Part shown: one piece after another, positions 10,270 through 20,598 of the stretch
Layout of the letters: the number at the start of each line of letters is the position of its first letter
Numbering within the stretch: position 1 is the stretch's first letter
Source: Dimargaris cristalligena
Taxonomy: Eukaryota
NCBI GenBank assembly: GCA_003614675.1
Contig: ML002215.1
Span: 62,001 to 88,073 of the forward strand
DNA length: 26,073 nt
Direction: 5' to 3'
The notes under the pieces: model-generated
Told to the model about the DNA's origin: nothing
Database searches by the model: none
Seen by the model: the letters and a program-made list of their open reading frames with translations, nothing else
Program-made: the position numbers and the translations under genes

Positions 10270-11080
10270 TAAATAAAGCTACCTCGCGCGGCTCGGCCAC
10301 GAATGCCGGCGACGACTATTCCCACTCTATCTCTTTCCTTCCCGCTACACGTTCTCTGATGTTTTACGATGCAGTCTTACTCCTCCCCCCTCGCCCGATA
10401 GCAGTATACCCCCCCTCCTTGAAAAAAGGATTATTATGCATACTGCTAACCGATTATCAAAACCACTACGACAGCAGTCAGGCCACACGCGACCCAAGGT
10501 TAGTTCAGCCATTGGACAATTAGCCGATGGGCCCAGAGGAGGAGGAGTACCAAACACCCTTCATATCGCATTCCTCTCACCTTCCATTTTGCCTTCTAAC
10601 TCGCCCATCGAGCTACACGCCGGTAAGGAAACTAACCCTAGTGGCCGCTGGAAAGCCAAGGGATGAGGAGGGGGATGAACAGGAAAGTAGAGTCCCTTGC
10701 CTTCCTTATCCACTCAATAATTGGCTTTCACGAACTCTTACCGCGTAGTTCACTACCACCAGATCATGTTTGCCGTCCACTCATCGGTTGGAGGAGGGGG
10801 GCAATCGGGTGATGTGTGTAAATGCATCCCCCGATAATAATGGCATGTTCGATAAAAGTGTCCTGTAATTTGGGCATGTGGGGCGGCGGTGGTAAAGTTC
10901 ATCGGTTGAATTTATTTGAAAAAGAAAACGTGCATGGAAAATGCACTCCCGCACCCATAGTAAATTGCTAAGTGAGATAAACAAGAGCTTTGGCCAACGT
11001 GCCCCTCCCTGTTTTTAAAGTAGCTCGCCAAACTAAGCTAAGCTAAGGGCTCATTTGGCGGGGGGAGGGGTGTGGCAATC
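10270..11080 (+). ncRNA. Putative large structured non-coding RNA, family unidentified; boundaries approximate
   Basis: About ten colinearly nested complementary segments between 10391 and 10812, plus separate hairpins at 10651-10729 and 11001-11071. Non-Watson-Crick pairs are G-U on the + strand. No credible protein ORF. Found by manual inspection only. Confidence 0.45.
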
Positions 11081-14000
11081 CCCTAGACCGTATTGGCCCT
11101 GAATTGAGGGGCAGCGGCCTATTTCCCCCTTCCATTTTTATGGTCATAGACTATATATACTCTATATTTCCATGGTGCAGTCGCAGTAGGGGCGGTATAT
11201 CTTTCGGTAAGGCGTAACAGAGGGGACGGACCCATTCCTCTCACCTGATGCACATAATGGCAATGGTCGGCCTATCATTGACAGCCCCTTGGTAGTCAGG
11301 TGGGGTACCCCGATCCCGCCAACAAGGGGAAGAACGCCCAAGGCAGTCCATGAATTACACCACCGTTACTACTACTACCATCACACCGCCTCCCGGTCGA
11401 CTTGGGGTAAAAAATATGCCAGTCACAATTGAACAAATCCTGCCATATAATTAACCACCTCCTCCTATGCTCCTCATATATACTCCCCTCGCCATCCTCA
11501 CTCTGCCCTCATACCTTAATGCCCATATAAGGCTGTGGAATGAAGTGGCTGATAAATAAAGGCAAGGCGCGTATAAATAGATTACATATATATATCTATA
11601 TATATATATAGATGTGTGTGTATTGTGAATAGAGCACCAATATCTAGCCAGGTCTTTCTCTTAAAAAGGGGTGAGGGATAGAGGCACATTCCCGCAGGGT
11701 ATCCAACCAAACCAAGGTAGTTTTGCCTGAACCAGTCTCCGCACGGACTATACTGCATACTGCGCTTTGCTGATGGGAAAGCCCCATAAATTGGATTTTT
11801 CCAGACCCATGGGCTCTGGGAAAGGCGACGACTGGATGTTGGCATTCTATGTATTGACAGAGAGGGAGAGAGGCTGGGGGTGTGAATGATGGGGGCAGTG
11901 TGTGTGTGTATCACACGGGTCGATGGTATGGGTCGCCCGATTCTGGCCACTGCACTATAGAGACGCCCCTCCTCCCCCACCCAGGCTGCTCTAGAATGGG
12001 GCCCGGCTGTTAAATAAAGTAGGTGGCTTGAAGGGCAGGTTCGGAATATAGTAGGAGTGGAAATAATGGATACATCTTAATCCGGCCTGTCGTTTACGGT
12101 CATGCCAACGGCAGGAATAAAATACTACCCCTGCCTGAACACATTCGGTCACCGGAATTGGTCTAATTCCAGATCAGCGTGCCTCAAGGGAGCAGCTCCC
12201 GTCTAAGCTAATTGGGGATGTTGGGGGAGGGTGCCACTTCCCCTGGTAACGGCCAATTATAGTTATCGACTCTATAGAAAGTGGCGAGGCCGAAACAGGT
12301 ATCGAATAAAAAGGAGAATAAAATGGTGGGGTTTACTGTTTAATCTCCACACGTCATTGGTGAGTATCTCTCTTTTATATGATACATATAGGGAAAAGTA
12401 TCTAAGATGGTCTCCCTTTTATTTTCTAGTGCAGTATTTTATTCGGCATATTCCTCCTCCCCAAATGTCTGCAACAGGTGATTTTTTTCCACACTTGGCA
12501 AACCCTGCTGCCTAAAACAGGCCACATCATTTTACTCCAATAGTACAGCGTCCCCTGGTGGCACGGATCATCGGGTGGGGTAGGATTATGCTGGCGTGGC
12601 CTGTTCTTTTTCTGACTCGATAGATAATGAGTTTCTCGGTCCATGCGGCCAAAAAGCAGTCCCGAAATAATCAGACCATTTTTTCATCGACTCTCTTAAT
12701 TGGTGCGGCGGGCCCCACTCGTTAATAACGAACGCTGTATACCTCTCGCGCTGCACAGCCCACACCCCTCGCAGGCTACAGTGATTGGCCTGTCGACTCT
12801 CCGGCAATATGCCCCGGACTATGTGATTTTATCCCTTTCTGTTCTACACTTTTGGGGCGCAAGATCCGGGGGTAGTATAGTTTGCTCGTCAGTCGCCATA
12901 GTTTTATTGGTCCAGTCCCGGATAGTGTCGGCCCAGCATTATTTTCGGCCGACAACGCCGGTTCCGAAAAATGACCGGTATACCAGATAAATCGATACTA
13001 TCATCTCCCTTTTATGGGACGTATGGCCACCAGTCGAGATTGGTGGTAATACTTCTGGCACCAAACATGGATTTAGGAAGCCCAACGCGACTATACGTAC
13101 TAATCTATAGTAACACTGTGCCGGATACGTCAATGTTTCATACTCGAGAATCATTCCGCGCTTCCATACTTCAGCTGAGACTCCAAAAAGAGGAAAACAA
13201 ATCACAATAGCAATCTCATATATATATATATATAAAAGCCATCGAATAAAATAAGCAAATATAGCCAATGCTGGAACAGGATTGCCTGGGTGAGAGGTGT
13301 AAGTCAGCCGTGACGAGAAACTCTGATGCTGGGGCTTTCCTCCAAGTCCCCGACTAGTTTACCTACCCCAATTTGGGCCGCGGGTGGGAATACCCCACCA
13401 ACTCGCGTTCTGAATGGATTGACCCACGGCAGTGTGGGTGGAAAAAGAAAGAACAATTGTCTGGGCCCGTCTGAAATGAACATCCATCCCGCCATTCCCC
13501 GTAACCGGCAAGGTTGTGCCGCGCCCTCCCTCACCTTGTGCCCCTATAATCCAGTCATGTGGACCAGCTCATGTAGTCAAGGGTCTGCGCGTCGTTCTTT
13601 GGGCACCAGGTGATCAATATTAAGCACTCAAAGATAAACAGCATTAACAAGCACTATAAACTAATAAAGAAAGAGAGAGAGAGAGCCTTTACAGCGGCAA
13701 GTGTAAACCCTGTGGTGAGAATAAACGCCCGGCCATTCCACCGAGTTTGGGTCACACGGTAGGAAAAAAAAGGCTCGTCACCATGAATACGGTAACCAAT
13801 TGTTTAATGTGTAGTACATTCCCGAGAAATCAGTAAATACATAAATAACGGCATCTGGAATTTCTCATTAACAGTTGGCCCACCACCACCTTTTGTTGTA
13901 AACAAACCTAATTTCTTGAACCACAACAATAGAGGATTCGCAAAAACCCCCAACCACGATGGATATAAATATCGTTTGATGTTGATTGTACGTGCGTGTA

Positions 14001-15063
14001 TTTTACAATCCCCCCAATTAAAATACCGGGATTATTCAGACCATATCCTGGTCTCGATCGAGGCCATGAGGGGGGGGATACGCGTACCCCTAACCAGCAC
14101 AGGCGTGCATCATCTTGGATGAAGTTACAGGGGGAAAGCAATTTTATTCTGTTCGACCATCTGGAACAGGAATCGGCCAACATTTCCAAGATCAAAAGTA
14201 GGGGTCATTGCAGTGTAACCTGTTTCGTCAAAAATACCATTTGCTTGGTAGTTTTCTTCCTTGGACAGTTACAGAAAGATTACCAATGTCGGAGGGGTGA
14301 ACGAGTACGAGACTCGCTTATGGTAAAAGACGTTGTGTGGGGATGGGCCTATATTTGGAGCCGACGGTCACGGGTCCCAGTATCCTATAGCTCAGCATTG
14401 TCTTAGTTCCGTGACCCCTCAATTCCCCTCCTTGTAATGTTAATACGAGGGGGTGGTTTGTTTTTTAAAAAAACGGCGAGGGCTGTAACAAATGGGATGG
14501 TCCAAAGGTAAAACGGCGATACTACATAAGCTGCTGCGTAGCTCGCCTCAAATCTGGTTAAGCAATAGGAAGGGCACTGCTGATATAGGGAGCAGTTTGA
14601 AATGCACAGGGCAATTTGACCTCGGTCATTACTAGACTGCCCTATAATACCATTATCCAAACCCACTGTCATCATTATGGAGCCCAGCAAACATTATTAC
14701 CCAGGTCTACGTCATTATAGTACTATTACTAAATTCACTTGTTGACTGCTGCCCGGCACTCCCATGGCCCAGCCATAAGGTTCGTCGGCCGTCCATGAGA
14801 GGGCTATCCCTTTTTCTCTAGCATTCCCTCCTCCTTACCCAGTTTCCCCTTCCTAGTTGGGTTTTAATTCCTCTCCCCCAGCTACAATTTTAAGTACATG
14901 CCTCATAACTGAACCATTTCCAGCGACCCTCTCTCATCAACGTCACCATATTTCTCACACATTACTTGGCAGCCACACGCCCTCAAAGAAGCATTGGCAT
15001 ATTGTCTCCTTCCCTTTCACCCATTACCTCTAGCATTCCGCATTGTACTACACCGCTTCCAAT

Positions 15064-16482
15064 ATGGGCCATCCCGACTCAACTGCCTCCAACTCCGACG
15101 GCGAAACCATCACCCGCATTGTTACCCAGTACATGTTTAAAGTGCTGGTTATTGGTGCAGCCGGTACTGGTAAAACATCGAGTATCCGCCGCTTCGTCAA
15201 CGACGAATTTGCTGACAATTACCAAGCCACGGTAAGTTCTGCTTTCCTTGCTCAATTGACTTGAATGCATTGTTGGTCCGTTTAATGTTGCCTACTGGGT
15301 GCGCTGTTGCTCTTCTTTTTCCCCGCCTCTTTCACTCCTCTCCCCTTGTATTAAGGCCCACTAGGACGTTGCCCGGGCCTCACCGTGCAATGTGCATACC
15401 TATTTTTTTGTATGGATATAACTATTATTGTCCTTGTTCCTCTTCGTCTGACTGTTTAGATTGGGGTAGATTTCGCTGTCAAAACCATACAATACGATGA
15501 TGATATCGTCGTAAAATTACAGCTGTGGGATATTGCCGGTAAGTATTCCCATCATTTACCATTATATCAGTTTGTAGGGGACGGGTACTTGATTTCTCTG
15601 GAGTGTCCAAGGGGGGGGGGGCGAGACTGGCCGGCATTCCCTACTAACATTCAGCCCATTTACTAATAATATTGTATATTATGCGACCTTTGTCATTTAA
15701 ACACCTATCCCGTCACTCCGATCATAATATGGATCAATCGCAGGCCAGGAGCGCTACAGCTCGATGACTAGGGTTAGTTTCTACAGTATTCGATAACTAA
15801 TCACTCTCCCGCACAACATTGGTATCAACCTAATCGGACTTCGGTAGATATGCACCACCTACCTACCAACCTTCCTTCCTTCCTTCAGTTGATTTATTTC
15901 ATTAGCCCTCACCAACCGATGATCCTATTTACGCCACCATATTTGTTTGCTACTCTTTTCCGGAATGGGTTCTCCTATTCCTACACCCAGGTATATTTTA
16001 AAGAAGCCACGGGCGCCTTACTCGTGTACGACATGACCAACCCCGACTCCTTCGACGCCATTCAGCGCTGGAAATCCGATTTAGACTCCAAAGTCACACT
16101 TCCCGACAGCCTTGGCGGGGGCAGTATTCCGGCCGTGTTACTCGCCAATAAAAGCGACTTGACCCCAGCTACCCAGGGCTTACCTCCCCAACAATCCACC
16201 CGCCAGCTCGATCAGTACTGTACCGAAAACGGCTACTTGGATTGGTTTCCGACCTCCGCCAAAGAAAACACCAATCTCGACGAGGCGGCCCGGTGCCTGG
16301 TACACCATTTGCTGCAACTGATGCGGCAGGCGGAAACAACCCTGGATGCTTCGCAGCGTCTAGGACCGGCGAATGGTGGTCCGAACGGTGAGTTGGCCGG
16401 GGCATCACCAACTAATGGACAGGTTAACCTATCGGACGGTTACCAAGGCCGATTCGGAATGGGTGGTTACCGGTGTTGTTAG
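15064..16482 (+). CDS. RAB32: Rab32/Rab38-family small GTPase, about 255 aa. Exons 15064-15231, 15460-15538, 15744-15772, 15991-16482
   Basis: FKVLVIGAAGTGKTS (P-loop), YQATIGVDFAVK (switch I), WDIAGQERYSSMTRVYFKEA (WDIAGQE is characteristic of Rab32/38/29), WKSDLDSKVTLP, LLANKSD, TSAK, and C-terminal RCC prenylation motif. Introns 15232-15459, 15539-15743 and 15773-15990 are GT-AG and keep the frame. Confidence 0.92.
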
Positions 16483-17859
16483 TTGGGTGGGGTGATGGTA
16501 ATGGGGTGCCATGACATGGTGTGCGACCTAGTTTCCCGTCGTTTCCTACCTTTATTCTGCACATTCCCCTCCAGCTAGGTCTATCCAGTTGTTCATCAAT
16601 CTACATTTTATTATATTTTTATTCGCTCATTAGCAGTATTTTCATTACCCTGGACATTTATTTTATGGTGGTTGACCCAACTCCAGCTCCACTTCCTTAT
16701 TTACTGTATTTGTATAAGTTGTATATCTTTACTGTGCCTCATGGATTCGCGAACCATTGGGGGAAATCGATGTACTACTGAGGCCCCACTCTGTTTTCGC
16801 AACCATTAAATATGCATTTACCTACTTTTAGTGGCGCAGTTCGGCCTGGTAATAATGCGGCTGGTGGACTTTGGGCTCGGGGGTATATCCTGGGGGAACT
16901 GGCAGTTATTTATCTGGTTTCTTTATTTTACAGCAGGGGATTATCATTGGAGTCCACCTGGATACTACGGAATATCCGTAAACCCCGATCCTCTCCGATG
17001 GTGGTAATTATTTGCATAAGCCAAAATCTTATAATACCATTGGAGCTTAACGGGACCAAAGTCGCCGTCCCATTTATATACTTATAGTCACGTGATTATA
17101 GTATGCACAGGAATGGCGTTTGGATATGCAGATATTGTGCGTGGGGAATCGGGGAGGGTAGGAGAAAAGGTCCCCCACGAGTCACGAAAGGCGGCGCCAC
17201 ACCCAATCCTTCCTCCAGTCTCGGCCCATTTTCTGGTTTAGCCTGTGACTCGTTCTCTCCATTTGGGTGTGTGATAGGATTGCTAGTGGGACATACTTAC
17301 TACTACTTACTTACACTACAGGCCGCCGAGTTGACCTGGCTTTGTCCTGTCCCGAGCCGGCGCATACATCCTACAACCACTGTGGTTGCGTATATGCGTA
17401 AGAGGGTGGTTGGATGGGTAATAAATAAATCCCTTGACCTTTCTTTTATTCTCAAACTGCCTTTTCCTCGTTATATATATATATATAATTTTCAGCGACC
17501 TTTGGCACTATTGTATATCGTTTTTCGACTCTTTACACTAGTCGTGCCATTCCCGACTATAATACGCACGCCTCACTACTAGTTACTCTTCGCTTACCAC
17601 TCTTACCCTTCTCCAACTCTGCAAGTTTACCAAAAGGAACCGGACCAATAGGCTGAAAAACGCATTACCGTTGAAAAACCTAGTGGCCACAAGTTCCCAA
17701 CCCCCCGCCGCCCCTTGGACTAGGTTTAATGGACGTACCGCAGTGTACCTAGCCGACCTACTACCCTCCTTCAACCATTCCCCTTTCTACGCATCCCGCC
17801 ACCGCCTCGGCGTAAATATTATTTTTTCCCCCGCAATCCTCCCCAGTTTTGACCCAGTC

Positions 17860-17886
17860 ACCAACCAACCAACCAACCAACCAACC
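17860..17886. repeat. (ACCA)n tetranucleotide microsatellite
   Basis: accaaccaaccaaccaaccaaccaacc lies just upstream of a CAG acceptor-like site (17897-17899) and the phosphatase ATG. Confidence 0.9.
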
Positions 17887-17911
17887 GGTTTTTGTGCAGC
17901 TGTCGAAAAAA

Positions 17912-19484
17912 ATGACCGCCCCCCACGACGACACGACCACAACTGGCCCGGCCCCTATTCCCAAACCGTACACCACCCTCTACCTGTGTCGGCACGGGGA
18001 GACTGACCTCAACAAACTCAACGTCCTACAGGGCAGTGGCGTTGACGCTCCTCTCAATGATACTGGTCGTGAACAGGCCCAGCGACTAGGTAATCGGTTC
18101 CGGTCCCAACCGGTCGACTGGTTAATATCCAGTGATTTGCGGGTAAGCCGATACATAGTAGTAATAACATCACCTCTGAGTTGACTATTGATGATTTTAG
18201 GATCAGTCAAGCCTTTCCAAACTAACCGATTTTTTAATGCGTATATTTTCAAAAATATCCATCTCTTGTATACTGTATCTATCCGCTGTACCGGATTAAG
18301 CGGGCTAAGGAGACGGCCGGCGCCATCCAATGCCATCACCCGGCAGTTAAATTCACGGTAAGTCTGCTGCGCCACTATGGCTAACTTACTCCCGCGATGA
18401 GCACATTGTCCCAGAGGAGGGGGGCCCTTTCTGCCTTACAGGGGGTGGCCACGTATATACACATTCCAGAGTCATGGAAAGCCTACCCAGTATATTCCAA
18501 GTACGAAGCCTAATTTACCCAATTTCATTATTAATTTAATCGCATCCCCGAAACTACCGACCGTGACCACCCAGACCTACCCCGGACTGTCTGAAATCTG
18601 TTGGGGAATATGGGAGGGGAGGAGCTGCCCCAAATTAGACGAGCTTATTGATAAATGGAACGAGGGCGACTTTAGTGGTAAGTTCCCCGGATACCTCATA
18701 ATCCTACTTATATGTTGCGTCTGGAATATTGCCTCATCCTTCACCACCACTACTCTAAACTGATGCATAGCTCTTAATTAACCACCGTCACTGGTTGTAT
18801 TTTGGTATATGTTTTAGCTTGTCTTGAGGGTGGCGAGTCACCCCTTCACGTAGAAAACCGAATTATTGAGCCATTCGTATCGATTATTGAGCAGGCCAAT
18901 GGTCTAGACCACGTGGTTATTGTCGGTAGGTCACAACTATTTCTCAGCGGACATGATCCTGAGCTACAGGAGGACCATTCACTTTTATTTAATCGCTGGT
19001 ACCAACCAACTAACCAACCAGTCTCTTTACTGTAGTTCGCTGCCTCGCAAAACCCACTTTGCTGGGGATTGAGAAACCAATTTACTTCTTGTGCATATGA
19101 CTTACCCACTAACCCTTTGATTCGGTCTTAATTCCCAAATCTTTCACAATAGTCCACGGTCGTTTACTTCGTATCATTCTATCTTCCCTTATCGAAGGCA
19201 ACCTTGGGTGGATGGGCCAGTACACTCACCGCAACACCTGCGTGAACCAGATCCAGGTGTACCGGCGGTGTGACTTGACCGAAGATCAGCTTGCCGCTTT
19301 GCAGCAGCAGCGGGTCTACCCTGAATCCGATTTGCCGGTGAAACTGGCCGCACCGGGTTGGGCCGAACGAACCCGCCCCCCCAGTGCCTTGGATGAATAT
19401 GTGTTTATTCCCGTCCTTCTGGATTCGGTGACTCATTTGTCGTCGGATAATGGTGAAATTAAGGTGACTAATAACATCACCTAA
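17912..19484 (+). CDS. Histidine phosphatase superfamily (phosphoglycerate mutase-like, branch 1) protein, about 276 aa. Exons 17912-18142, 18301-18357, 18575-18677, 18818-18925, 19153-19484
   Basis: LYLCRHGETDLN...QG...DAPLNDTGREQA, SSDLR-RAKETA, LSEICWGIWEG, GGES, VVIV-VHGRLLR and N-T-C motifs. Four GT-AG introns with consistent phases (total 831 nt). Substrate cannot be assigned from the sequence. Confidence 0.9.
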
Positions 19485-20598
19485 GTCCGTGGTGTAGCTG
19501 CTTTTATTTGGTCTGAGGGTTTGGTAGATATTATCACATATCGTCTTTTTCATTTTAGTTTCGTTAAATATTGAATTCCCTTTTTATATAATTCATTTGG
19601 TTGAAAGTAAAAATGCCACGGTACCATTCGTTTTTCTTAAGATCGATCGAATTAGGCTTGTAATATTTTAGTGGAGGATAACTGCGAGGGATTACTTTCC
19701 TAGTCTTTTTGAACAGAATGTCGGGCAGTATGTGTGTGGATCATGGGATAGTCCCAAGTAGTATTAAGTCCTATGGGTAACTGAAGAACGCCGGGTGTTA
19801 TTGATGCTTAGGTTTGTTTTTCACTATTTTCCCTGGATCCGACGACTCATTCAACCGGCATGCTTTCACGTGTATCGGAGGGATAGTGGTGGATAGGTAA
19901 GCTATATTATATATTTCCTAATTTACAGGTTGGCTGCCTCACATAGTTCCCAACCCAGCGATCGGATTGGCTCAGCATTGTGGCCGTGGGCTGGCTGGCG
20001 TACAAGTTGGTGGTGGGGCTGTAGTCCTCCCTTCCTCACTTTCAATGGCGATAGCCGGGTGTTGGCCAAACCCCCTTTTCACAGAGAGGTATGGTTGGCG
20101 AATAGTATACGTAGGAAGGAATCATGTCCGAATAAAGTCAAGCTACCTGGGGATATATATAACAGGGATGTCCAGCAGCTGAAAGTAAGTCACAAGCCAA
20201 ATCCACTAAGATTATCTCTTGCCCCCCGTAACACAGCTCTGCTGCTACCACCAATTACCTGTGCATAGAATAATAGTAGTAATGGCATTGCCATAACAGG
20301 AGTAATACTAAGGAGTGTGTGTGTGAGCCATAATATAAAACACACACTATAGCTCTTCGGCGCCTGCTTTTTATAACCCTATAGAGACCACTCCTCCTCT
20401 CTCGCTCCTCCCTTTCTCTATTTCTACCCCAGTTTGCCTATTTATTGTCGGTCGCCATTGGCTTCATTCGTATCCTGACTTACCGTGATCCCCTCCCTCC
20501 TCTATAAGCGCATGCATTTCCAGCCCATTCGCTGTGCCTCCCATTGCTAAACACCACCAGCCCCCACCATTACCTGCTACTCCACCACCTTTACCAAT

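Noticed and set aside
10269-10641. Chain of splice-like signals (AAG|GTAAAT, GCTAAC..CAG, AAG|GTTAGT, CG|GTAAGG) suggesting micro-exons
   Set aside because: The joined exons give no meaningful protein, and the same nucleotides are explained by the nested helices. Splicing of a non-coding transcript cannot be excluded.
10690-11053. GAG-U-CCCUU / AAGGG-CUC pairing resembling the bulged-U P4 helix of RNase P/MRP RNA
   Set aside because: The flanking conserved regions (GGAA/GAAA before P4 and ACNNNA before the 3' strand) do not match, so it is probably coincidental. An Infernal search with RNase P and MRP models would settle it.
14403-14690. Minus-strand 95-aa Cys-containing ORF upstream of Rab32
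   Set aside because: It has a TTG start directly after a stop codon, no good splice sites and no recognisable domain.
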